From contig ADNK01001585.1 of assembly GCA_000320545.1 (NCBI GenBank), forward strand, positions 1 to 53,959: DNA of 53,959 bases, given 5' to 3'. The notes beneath the pieces were generated by a model. That model was not told the DNA's origin and did not search any database. It saw nothing but the letters and a program-made list of their open reading frames with translations. The stretch comes from Bigelowiella natans CCMP2755. Lineage: Eukaryota; Protista; Cercozoa. Each line of letters starts with the position of its first letter. Within the stretch, counting starts at the first letter, position 1. Positions 13,086-26,953 of the stretch are shown here, one piece after another. Both the position numbers and the translations under genes were made by a program.

Positions 13086-15777
13086 TCAAAGCTTCATATT
13101 ACGAAGAGACCCCCGTGTTGACGAAGCTGATATACTCTCAGGTCTACTGTAATTGTCAATACTACGCTGTTTAATGTTTCTAGGATTCTGTATCTCGTTA
13201 TTGTTACTTGACAGTATTTGGCTAGTAGATCTTTCTGCGACTCGTCCAGCTGCAGGGTGATAGTTTTCACAAGCAACTATATTTTGTTGCCTGGATTGCG
13301 TAATCAATGACGTTGTTCTGTTAGATCTTCGCATCAAATTTTTCACATCTCCATCACTGCTATTTGTCTCATCTCCGTGCTCATCTTTCTTAGCATCGGC
13401 AAGAGGAGTTTGGCTCTGTTGTGGAATGGGAGATCTGGGAAATCTTGGATCTCTACTTAATTTTCGTTTTGCGTTAAAAAATGAACTTCGCGCCTTATCG
13501 ACTGCAGTAACCGGCTCTGTAACAAATACTGTAGTGGCTCTAGGTGCGCGAATAACATTCGCATCACCCGTATGGACGAACTCTTCGAGCTCTACATCGG
13601 TTCGGCTTGTTATTGTATAAAAGATTTTTTTCACATTCTAATGTCAGAAAAAGCACAAAATAAAACATCATCTGCCAAAGAAGACAAAATGACAATAATA
13701 ACCTTCCAATAGAACTTGAAAGGCCAAGTCACACAGACACAGTTAAAATTTATAAATATATCCACTGTCCCAATCTGATTACACATATTTACTGACTGCT
13801 GCTCATTTTCAGTTGGATAAACAATCTGCATTGATATATTTGCAAGAACCACATCCTTTCATTATTATACACAATATTTTGAACCTACTCGACTAAGGAG
13901 AAAGAATGGAGTGTAACTTTGCCCTTCGATTCCATTGCTAACAGAAAGTAAGTAGTTTTTTTAGATCAAGAATATATTTGCATTAGTAAGACCTCTCGAT
14001 GTTATCTGCGGGCTGTGGATCCACAATAAAATAGAGCAAGCTGTCCATGGTTTCTTATCAGAATAAGACCCCGAAGGTTGAAAGAAGTTGTTCTTAAAAT
14101 TTCAAACCTTGCTGCTGTACTGACAATTGCTATCACTGCAAAGGTTGAGTTCCAGAGAACAGTACCTCGGATCTGTCTGTTAGTGGTATGAAGCACATAG
14201 CGGGATTATATGGGGCTTATTTTACTCATATGAACTCTGGTTGGCTGACACCTTGTTATAGCTGGATTTGCAAGGGGCGATGCCAGAATGATTACGCAAA
14301 ACAAACTTAAATTCACAAACACGTAAATTGCCAAATAAGATAGTCTATAATACAGTTCTTAATCAAGTATGATAAACCTTATGAGAGTATCTAGAAGGCC
14401 AAATATCGAGAGCTGAATTCGTAAACTATCTCTAATAGATATAAAGCAGAGAATGCTATGCATAAGGTAGAGAATCCAAAGAAAAAGAAATATGCTTTGT
14501 TTTTACAATACATGAACTAGACCAAAAGGGAGGTATGTGTTAGTCAAAATGTTATTATATTACTCAACGCAACGCAAATCTCCTCTGATGACGATAAACT
14601 CGTATCTGGTTGTAGCCAGTACAAATATTTAGTTAACTATGATTTATTCGATGTACTCTGATTAATAATCGTTAACTGTGTAAATTATACTAAAATACCT
14701 GTTGGGGTTTGCAATTGGAGGTACAATGAGGAAAAATAGTGAAATCTATGGTAAAAAAGAGTAAATTTACACGTTTGTTATGCTACACCTGATGGCGTTC
14801 CTTTTGACAATACATACCGGCAGATAAAGGCCATATATTAAAAAGAATGTGATCTTTTTGAGTCTTCGCATGCCAGTAGAGAAGTCGTATCTGTATAATT
14901 TTTCGTCAGTATCTCGGCCGCTTGGAAACAGAATTGAATTTTCGTTACGAATTACAAATTAGCTCTTGCAAGCAGAACTTGATACAAAAGTAGATTCCCG
15001 ATGAAATATGCAGTAAATCCAATCTCGACGAATGTGTTACAATTATTGCGGCTCCTAGAAGATACGTTTTGTGCATATCACTTTAAATGACACACTTAAA
15101 GTTTCAACTTACGTGTCGGGATTTATTGTAATGGAAACCACAGACCATGTGGACATGAACAAGAAAGAAAAAATGAAATACGCCAGTGCAGATTTTTGTA
15201 AATATGTTGCAGCTTCCTAAATAAATTAATTATCTAAATTTAACAAAGTATCAAACTGTGCACATATTTGTATTTACGTCCATATGTAAATGCATGTTCA
15301 TATTTATTTAAACATGGACACATATACATTCTCGATTTAAAGCTTCACTCAGTAGATTAGTGCATTCGTTCTTACAATTTTGACATAAATTCATTCATCA
15401 CTTTACACAGATAAGCATATAAACTTACAATGCATGCGCAATGTACCAACCATGGTTCTAGCAGTTCGGGGTTTCATCAAATTTGTAACTGACGAGCATA
15501 CTATAAACATTTCAAATCATTCAATAGTTTTGATGTGGAAAGGTTGTGCACATTCTTGCCACTTTGAATGCATTTTTGCCCACATCGCAGATGCCGCCAT
15601 TGGCGATTATAATAATTTTATTATTATTATTTACACATCACACAACCCTAACCAAATCCAGGAACCTTGTATGGCGCTTGCAACAACCACCTCAAATATG
15701 AAAACCACCACAACTACTTCCGCAGCCCTCCCAAAGCCATCAGATGCCAGAATAGCGTACAAATCGTCATCTCCCAT
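13086..15777 (-). CDS. Multi-pass membrane protein with 7TM/GPCR-like layout and Ser/Arg-rich cytosolic tail
   Basis: Short exons encode successive hydrophobic segments: SALAYFIFSFLFMSTWSVVSI, FVEIGFTAYFIGNLLLYQVLLARA, AYFFFFGFSTL, VLWNSTFAVIAIVSTAA and CNQIGTVDIFINFNCV. The hydrophilic last exon is 13634-13086. The number of TM segments is inferred. Confidence 0.55.
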
Positions 15778-16289
15778 TGCGCTTCAAAAGTTGCCCAAAA
15801 CAGTTCATTTAAACACGAAACGTAGGGCATTTTTGTCGAAAGACGGGCCCTTTCTTCTTGTCGACAAACTTCAATGGTAACGCATTTATGTTGGAAGAAC
15901 ATCTGCTCTCTCAATGACTCAATGAGAGAGCAGGAGAGTGAATTTCATCAGTGGCTGTGAAGTCCTCTGCAATCGAAATTAGGAATTTTTCCCGATGATT
16001 TGTGACCGAGATTAACACATATCTTCGGGCCTTGCGAACACGAACGAACTTACTTTCGTTGTTCTGAGGGCATTTTGATTCGATGGAATTCGTCGGACGT
16101 ACGAAGATGCAGCCTGTGATTCGACTGCATTTCTGTGCATGCGACAATATATCGCCATAAATAAGAGAGCGATAATCGAGTCTGATCCTGTTCGAAATTT
16201 CAATGGGTTTCATCTCAACGACACGCTTTCTAGATCATTTCCTCGTAATTTGGTGCCTGTTGTAGACAGCACAAAGTGAGAGAACCGGA

Positions 16290-19200
16290 ATGGCGTCTGA
16301 CCCGCCCAGTCTTACTCTCTCCTGGGCGGAAGAGATACCCTCTGCAGACAAACAGAGTTCTTCTGTTCATTTTGAGCTTGTAGATTCCCCTACGTCTCGA
16401 AAAAGTGACGAGGGTCTCCGGTGAATCTATACATGGAAAAATTTATCATCATGACATGATTGAAAACTTACTTTCCCTCTCCGTAGGAACAACATTGCCG
16501 AGTCCAAAGATCCGAATAGGCCTTCTCGGATCTCTAAAGACATTTATCATGTAAATCTGTGTGGCGATGTGTTAAAAACGGCATTTTTTTTTCCATTATT
16601 CTGTATCCTTTCCATAAAGTAACAGCATAGCACATCGATAACTTTGATGTGTCGTATCTGGGAAATACCTCAGCAACCTCCTCAAAGACGAGTATCTAGT
16701 CCTCGAGATCACCACAGAGTGGTAGCAAATGAATATAGGTCATTTAGTCCAGGTCCCTATTACGATCAGCAAACGTCAAATCTAAAAAACCAAGGAATCT
16801 CAAAAAGTTTAGGGAGGATACAGAGACACAGTATAACAAGAGATTCGAGCTCTAAACCAGAATTGCATCGAAGGGTAGCAAACTCGTGCTCCAAAAATGT
16901 GAAACCAAGATCTACACTCAAATTCTCACATATTTCCTTTATGCTAGCGCTTTTGATAATAATGATACATTCTGAGAGAATATCTCTGTGTCTGTCCTCT
17001 ACCAAGTGCGAAGCTTTCCGTCTCAATATCAATTTCCACAGGATAGTAAGAAATATTCGAATAAATCTGGGGAAAAATTAAACACACGTAAGAAAACGAG
17101 TGGCAGTATAAGACGAAATTCAACGCAATTAAAATCGGATATTCGCTCATCTCATGTTAAGCGCTATTCGTCACCAAAGATCACAAAAATTACCAATAAG
17201 GCTCCAAACTCAAATACGCACATCCGAGTAATATTAGTTTATATTTAATTTCTAAAACAAAGCAACACCTTGAATAAAGTTTTGACTTTCTACAAAAAAA
17301 GCGTGGGATAAAGAAACCTTGCCTGTCACCTTCAAAGACCCGGAGGAAAAGCTTGACAAAACACAGAAGTCGATCTTTATCACCTTCTGGTCTACCGAGA
17401 CATAACAGAAAGCGAGCTAGTTCTCCAAAGATTTCTATGAGACGTATTTCGAGTAGGCCTGTGTCGCCACTGTCCAAACAGAACTTCGATTTAGCCTCTC
17501 CTAATTCTAAAAACAATGCAAGTTGTCCCTCGCAACATAGAGAGACACGGCAAAAATCTCCAGAATCTCAGAGTAAAAGGAAAAACTCTACAAAAATAAC
17601 ACGTTCTGGATCTCCGAGAAGCTTACAACGCTCCAAGTTATCAAAATCAGCAAGATTGGAAAGAGAGAGAGCCCTAATTAAAGCAGCAAGATTACAGTCT
17701 CGAAGTCCTACAGGCAATAATAGAAATAATAGAAATTCAAGGGAAAGGTCCGTACACAAGGAAACGAAGAACAAAAACCGGGGCATTGATCTTGATCTTC
17801 AAGTCTCTTCAACGAGCGATGCAGAAAAAAAAACTATGGTAAATGATCAAATTGAGAAGGAAAAATTTATTCAAAGTGTGCTCAGGAAGAATGAACCAGA
17901 TTTTGAAAAGCCGTCTAAATATCAGATAGCACCTAAAGAGATAACTCCAAAAGAGCGTAATAAAGAAGAACTCAATTCCCAGGGGGATTTCGACCCAAAA
18001 ACGCAAGAACTGGAGGCAAGACTAAAAGCAGCTGAAGAGACAGCCCGTATAGCCTTGGAGAAAGCCAGGGTACTTGAAAGAGAGAAAGAACAACAACAAT
18101 TAGAACACTCAACTTTAGCTCCCTCGAGTGTTAGACAATCCATAAACGAAGAAACTACTCAAAATCATAACGAGAAATTTCAGCCCTTACAACTAGCGAA
18201 AAGGGTGGATAGTAATAAAGAAGACAGCTTGGAGGATCAGCGAAAACGGCAACTAGCAGAAAGAAGACGAACTGAGGAAGAAGAGCGAAAGGCCACTCTG
18301 AAATTCAATGAAATCAAAGAGAGGATTAGGCGGAACACTGAGATCGAAAAGCTTTCAGCTGATACTAGGAATGAGAAGGTAGTTATCAATTATGTCATAT
18401 TTCATTTTTTTTATTTTTGGTTGGTATGCCGTTTTAGGATGAAGCTACTCCATTAGGCGAGAGTTATAATAAAAGCGAGGTTCTTCAATAAGTTTTGTAT
18501 CATGGTGTCATAACTGTCATAACATAGTTTACCTTTCACTAGGTCAGCCATGATCGCGACGAGGATCATCATAGGTTACAATCTAAGAGTTTCTAGAATA
18601 TAGACATGCGAAATATGGTTGAGAAAGTGCATTGTTAGGGTTGAAGTTAACACACCAGTCTCGAGATCACGGTCACTCTGGGATCGAAACTCAATGAGGG
18701 TGCAAGAACGCATTAATAGCAATCAATTTTCGAAACTACTCACCTCACTGTTATCAGGAAGAGGACTACGTAGCTGCAGATCATTTGGGCACCTTTATTG
18801 GTGATGAACGGTGAGGAAATCCATAAAAATATGACAACGAATGAGAGAATAAAATAACATCATGCCATGATGTCATGATAGACCAATGGGCATCCAGGCG
18901 ATAACAGCTGTGGACGTATTAGAGGAAAGTGAGATCCAATCAGTAACCCAAAGTCAAGGTACTTCATCCTTGCTTACAAAATTGTTATTTTAAGTTTGAT
19001 TCATTAGTCATAAGATCCGTTTTGGTTAGGGGCTAGCAGTCCAATGTCTACGTCAGGGCTCGAAATATCACGTATCGGCCCATCTTTGAGAAATCTAAAA
19101 TCTATACCTGCATCTACATCAACAATCGGTGCTTTTTATCAAATTGGAATTTTTCGGTTCGACTAAATCAAACGTTCGCAGCAGGCATAAACCTGTATTC

Positions 19201-19506
19201 AAGTTCAACATCAAAGATCAACACACCGAGTTCTCCAACAAGATCAAGATTTTCTTTTTCTTCTCGCTTCTCACATGGTATAATGATCTAAGCTGTAATC
19301 GTTAGTCCAAATAACTGGTCTCCCATCAAGCAGGAAACGCAATTAAAAAAAAAGTCCTTGCAAGTCCAACATCCCAGATGAGTCGCTCAAATTCGAAACA
19401 AATCATCGAGAAAAAAAAGAATCCAAGTGCACGCAAAAACAATGCACATCTCTATCACGACAGCCAAAATAATGATCCTGCAACCTGTTGCTGTGTCATT
19501 TCATAA
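16290..19506 (+). CDS. Ser/Arg-rich and coiled-coil hypothetical protein with C-terminal CaaX box (…TCCCVIS*)
   Basis: Start MASDPPSLTLSWAEE; a large exon within ORF 17353-18456; last exon 19334-19506 reads NAIKKKVLASPTSQ…NNDPATCCCVIS-stop. Confidence 0.7.
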
Positions 19507-19779
19507 GCATGACAACTGTATATCAGCTGGATCACATTAATATTGCTGACAAACAAGAGTACATATTTGAGTTTTGTGATACCACAAATGCGTGATTGTA
19601 ACCCCGACCAGTCGAATTTTTAATTGCCATCACATGCTATAATGCATGGGTCGATGGCTAGATGGGCCTCCGCGTTTGCGCAATGTAGCGCTTCCGCCAA
19701 AATTGCATCGTAAAATTCATCGATCAAAGGCTGTTGCGTTGTCTGGTCACGTATGTAGACTCCTGCGTAACCATGAATG

Positions 19780-20145
19780 AAACCCTAGCTAGATAGCTAG
19801 CAGTGCGACATACACGCTAGCGGTGGACGCATTGACCACTAGATTGCAGATGCAACGTGATGTCTAGAAGTGTATGTCTAGATCATCTAGATGTGCACAT
19901 GTGCATGCATGCACATGCTACCATGCTAGCATGTGTGCACATTTTGCACAACATTTTTTGTCACATCACTGTGTCTATTGTGGTGACATGCTACCATGTC
20001 TAGCTAGCTAGATGTGTTCGCACAAGATGGAAGATGAACACTCTTACACACGATAATGAAGCATGTGCTAGTAGTCAATGTGGGCATCACAGTTGCACAC
20101 GCCCCGCTAGCCTGTCTGTTCTACAAGTCCCTACCTAGCTACCCT
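19780..20145. other. TpA-depleted / CTAG-rich island 2 between convergent gene ends
   Basis: Many CTAG; a run of 13 consecutive TG/CA dinucleotides at 19892-19917. Confidence 0.75.
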
Positions 20146-20163
20146 TCATTGAGTAGAGTCCAT

Positions 20164-22377
<2,214 letters not shown>

Positions 22378-22921
22378 TCATATTTGTGAAAAACAAAGAC
22401 TTGTTATGCGAACCCAAACCAGTTCTTCGAATGCGAAAGATTGCCACACCCCCCCCCGCCCCCCCGCCCCAGCAAAGCACCACTTTCAGGTAGTGTTTAG
22501 CGCAGGAGAGCGTCAGATCCGTAATTATCCCGTTTTGTTGTAAATCATCAAATAAATCATGTCGCTACTGAGAAGTGCTAGGGCATTTCTTCTAAGTCGG
22601 TAATATGGACATCAAACGCAAAGGGTATTCGCAGAATAATTTGGTAGTAGCAAATATTCCCATATAGATCTAGTCTACGTCGGAAATCCAGGAAATCCAG
22701 GAAATCCCCAGCGTGTTTTATACTGAAGACAACCTTCATGAGTCGCAGATGGAGAACGGCCATTTTGCCGAATTATTTTGAATTATTATTTATTGAAACG
22801 GTTTTATTTTGAATTTCGAAACGATTTGAAAAGTTGAACCTGCGAATCAGAATTCAGACAATACTCTCCCCCCAGATTCAGGCCCTGCCGGAATAGCGGC
22901 TGAAATATTCATCAGTGTATC

Positions 22922-25308
22922 ATGAATATTCGATTGCAGCTTAATACCTTCCTGACCGTATTCTTGATTGCCCTGGTAATTGGCGTTAGAGGTGAGGTGA
23001 CCAGGACGGAAGATGTTCTCAACGTTCCATCGCCTGTTAGTCAAGGGCTAGTAAGGGCTCCCAGAAGTAGACGGGCCTTTGTCTCCCTCAATTCTTCCAC
23101 TTTTGATCATTCCATTCTTGAACAAGGCTTCGGTAAAGCTGATTGGACAACCAAGGTTGTCAAGGAGAGGTCCTTTTGCTTCCAGGGTTCGGTTCCGTTA
23201 ATCCCGGGCGGATTCGTTACCCTGGAGATATCGGGAGCTGGTACTACAGAGCTTGACGGTTCGGATCTATCCGCTGGCTTGACTCTAAGTGTTGCTGTAC
23301 AAATTAATGGGGTCATCATGAAGGCCGCTTTCTATTTCAGTGGGCATGTTGGAATCTCCACTACAACGACAGAAAGGGATAGTTTTAAGGCCACCATCCA
23401 AGCGATAAAGGAATGGGTGAGAGCTATGTTCGTGTCTGAGCATATCGGAGCAAAGCATAAGGCATACTCCTTTGAGCAGCTTTCAAGGGTTTCCAGGGTC
23501 ATTCGCGAGCAGTATGCTGACGAGGGTCTTGAAGTTCCATCTCAAGAGGACTTGATGGTTGAAGGAGCACAGATTCTTGATAATACGCTGAACTTGGTCG
23601 GTGTCCATAAAGAGAAAATAGTTAAACAGCTTCATAAGGCTAAGAACGATACAGAAGCCAGGAAAAATCTTCAGTTTGCTTTGTACAGTATCCTACAGAA
23701 GACAGTCTTTGGGAAAAATAAAAATGACGTTAAATTTAAGAACGGGATTACGGGTTTTCAGCTGGAGCGGCGTGTCAACTGCTTCGATTCTACCCAAGTT
23801 CCTGGTGCTTTGCAAAAGATTCTCTGTGTTTACATGGGTACTGGTATGATGCTCGAAAAACCAAAGGAAGGAATAACTATTGGAGGTGCTTGGCTAAAGA
23901 AGCTCAAAGGATATGAAAAGGCTAAAGGCTACTCCAGAGCCAACGAAAATTTGTTCTTATCTGTAGGCAAAATGTTTGGCCAAGTACTTGAAGGCAACAA
24001 GGAGGATTTGATAGCACACGTGTAAGTGAATGTAATCGATAGCAGAAGAGAGTTGGGGTTAATTAGCTTATAGCGATCGATCACATAAACGTCCCAACAT
24101 TCAACGCTTTATATTTCTTTTTTTTTCCCTTTATACACATAACTACAGAGAATCAATTGCATCTCCAGACCCAGTGGACCATTCTATGTTCTTGAATTTC
24201 GACAAAACCATCCAGTTGCTGGCGTTAGATCCTGATAAGTTCATGGGCGCCCTGAAAACTCTGCGCGACCAGATGGACACGTGCGAGCCAGGAACCAGTA
24301 AGATCGTTGCTAGCGGGTCATTTGGATATACAATTGGGCGTGACAAAATTGGCTTCTGCACACCGGATGCGAACGCTTTCCAGGGCGAGTACGGAGTTCA
24401 AAAGACGTATACAAGACAGGCAAACTGCTCCTATGAGCTGGAGGGGACAGAGAAAACCCTCACTATTCTATTTACACTGGGGCCTCTTGTTGCTTTCGAC
24501 TTCATCAAAACAAAGGAGATTGCAGCTGGTTCGACGACCAGCGAGTCAACATACACCATTCAAGCACGAATTCGCTTGGTGGGGTCAGCAGATCCTAGTG
24601 CGGTGTCCACAAATGATGTCGACACGTTCCTGGGTCCATTTCTAAATAAGCTCCATGCAATTTCGGACAAATTAACATCTCTCACTGCCATTTCCAACAG
24701 TATCGGCAAAGTAGGAGAAGTTGTAGTCGGAGTGAACCAAGCAATATCTGAGGCAATGCAGGAAGGCTCCAAAAAGGTGAAAGGCGGAGCTCTCGCAAAG
24801 ATGACAGGGGCTTTAAAAACTATATCTGGATCTTTGGTCAGTGCAATCATTAAAGAGACGGCCTCCAAATTTCTAAGGAATATTACGGGAGTTTCGTACG
24901 CAACTCTGACTGGAATCGACCTCGTTTTCAAGTGAGTGAAGAGTGGATTCAAACTATGAGCCATGATGTTTGGTAAACTGGCAACAGCACAAGTAACTAT
25001 TTTTTGTCCAACGTTTCCAGGTATGCCCCGAAAGGTAAACATAAATACGAACTTACGATTGCCCCTGTTCAAGAACAAACGTACGGATATGATGTTGGAA
25101 GCGTGATGACGATGGCCACAGGGGCTGGATTAGGTATGGAACTCGCACTACTTTCGAATTTCATTTAGATTCAATCTGCATAGATTTGTTCAAAGCGTTG
25201 CTATTTTCACTAGGTATCTTCGTGCATAATGTCGATAAAGTGGAATTCACTGCTAAATTTCAAAAAGCACAGGACCATCATCATGGTAAGATCGCTACAG
25301 GGCATTAG
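22922..25308 (+). CDS. Secreted orphan protein (~700 aa, signal peptide)
   Basis: Leader MNIRLQLNTFLTVFLIALVIGVRG. Long exons at ~22922-24020 and ~24150-24931 end at GTAAGT/GTGAGT donors, followed by short 3' exons to TAG at 25306-25308. No family was recognised. Confidence 0.8.
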
Positions 25309-25414
25309 CGAGTCAACTCGGGATGACTAAACTTGAATGAAAAAGCAAAAAGTATGAGAACTGTGCAAAACTTCGGGTCATTGTAGTGGCCAACCTACTA
25401 GCGGAGAAATCTAT

Positions 25415-26710
25415 CTGGCTAGCTAGGCTGTGACAGTTTGGAGAAAACAAAGATTTCATTTTCTCACATGCATTGGTGCAAGTGATGCCCCTTCTCCCCT
25501 GCCACGTCCATCATGGCATGGCATTCGCTTCACCGCAGTCTGACAGATGACTGGCATCTAGGCAAACCGATGTTAGTGCGCGTGCGCCACCGTGTCGTCT
25601 AGCCATGCTAGCACATGGCAAAGCTCGAATGAGTGTTCGCGTCCGAGCAGGATGATGACATTGACCTGTTCACAGCTCCGTCAAACCCGGTAACGACGGG
25701 GTTGTGAACAGTGCAGCGCTTTGCGACGCGCTTTGAAGCAGCAGGCAGTTGCAGTTGGTCAAAGAAAAGTCATCAGAACTTGTCCGATGGCCAAACCTCA
25801 AAAAATGACCGAAACATTGACCCAAATGTCCATTTTCAAGGCCTCAGTGAGCGCGCGAAGTGTGAAAATTCACACCCGTTGTGCAGAGGATGCACGCTGC
25901 GCGTTTGTTCTCCACCCCATTTTGAATGCTTTTGCGCGTGTGTTTGACAAAGTGTGACATGCACGAAAAATTTCAAAGAAATGCGAGCAAATCCAATGTC
26001 CATTGTTGTGTCCATTGCGTCACATGACGCGCTTGGTCGCGCAAAAAAGCTTCCAAATGCATGTTCTGGCGATTCGTTGCAGGTTTGACGGAGCTGTGTT
26101 CGTGACGACAGGCGAGCAGACAGCTCATCTTTGCGTTCGCACGTGCAAACTGAACCGAAAAGGAATGATCGCCAGAGCTTGCACAGTTTCAATGTCAAGA
26201 AACGCATCATCATCATCAATTTGTGTCGCACACGCACACACGGTGGACTGAATGAGTGCGGTGCAATGACGATGCAATCCAGCAACACCCTCGTTGCATG
26301 CTTCACGTGGAACGCCGACCCAAAAGCACTTCACATCGTCGCTCATTCATGTGGCAAATTCATGTTTGACCTGACGTGCCCACACGCACGTGCAGACCAA
26401 TGGGAGCGGCGGAGCAAGTTGTCGTTGGCACGCTGGACGGACACGATGCGATGTGCTGATGAGCGTGTCCCACTTCTGGACTTCCGTCTCCACTTCAAGC
26501 TGCAATGGTTTCAATTTCTCTGAATGATCAACGAACAATGAACAATGAACAAATCATTGATGCAAATCTGCATGTTCAAAAACCAAATGGGAGGCACAAG
26601 CGAATGCGTGCAGTGGCGCCTCAAGCAAAAAATGAAATCATTGCAAGGACCTGTCAGAAATCCGATCGGTGGTGTGAAAATCCACTCTCTGCTTGAAAGG
26701 CGCACGCGCT
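25415..26710. other. TpA-depleted island 3
   Basis: Zero TA dinucleotides between 25693 and 26709 (~1 kb, ~50% GC) by manual reading; CpG is plentiful. Confidence 0.9.
25669..26132 (+). mobile_element. Small non-autonomous element with 17-bp inverted repeats; Helentron/HINE-like layout (alternatively a CMC or Tc1/mariner MITE)
   Basis: CACAGCTCCGTCAAACC (25671-25687) is perfectly inverted at 26082-26098. A partial inverted copy at 25695-25711 makes a 5' hairpin. An imperfect 3' stem-loop AGGCGAGC-AGACA-GCTCATCT (26110-26130) is followed by TT, and TT also precedes the 5' repeat. Confidence 0.6.
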
Positions 26711-26953
26711 AAGAATGTGGCGAGCCTGTCCATGTCGCATGGAAGAATTTGATCGTATTTGCACCAGATTTCCCAAATTTGAAAGAAGCACCAGAATTTA
26801 CTTGATGCGACAAAGCCACCGCATGTACATTCCTAGGATTCCAGCATCTATGTCTTTCAGGACAGATGGCCTTCATTTTCCATTGCGGACAAAATCTTTG
26901 ACAGAGATTTGTGCTTCGTCTCCCCCCCCCCGCGTTTGAGATTGAACGAAACA

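Noticed and set aside
25711-26705. Overlapping ORFs in several frames
   Set aside because: The same artefact of TpA absence; no transposase or other motif.
25415-26710. CpG-methylation decay or RIP as the cause of TG/CA excess
   Set aside because: CpG remains common (GCGCGCG, CGACGCG) while TpA is the missing dinucleotide; RIP would increase TpA.
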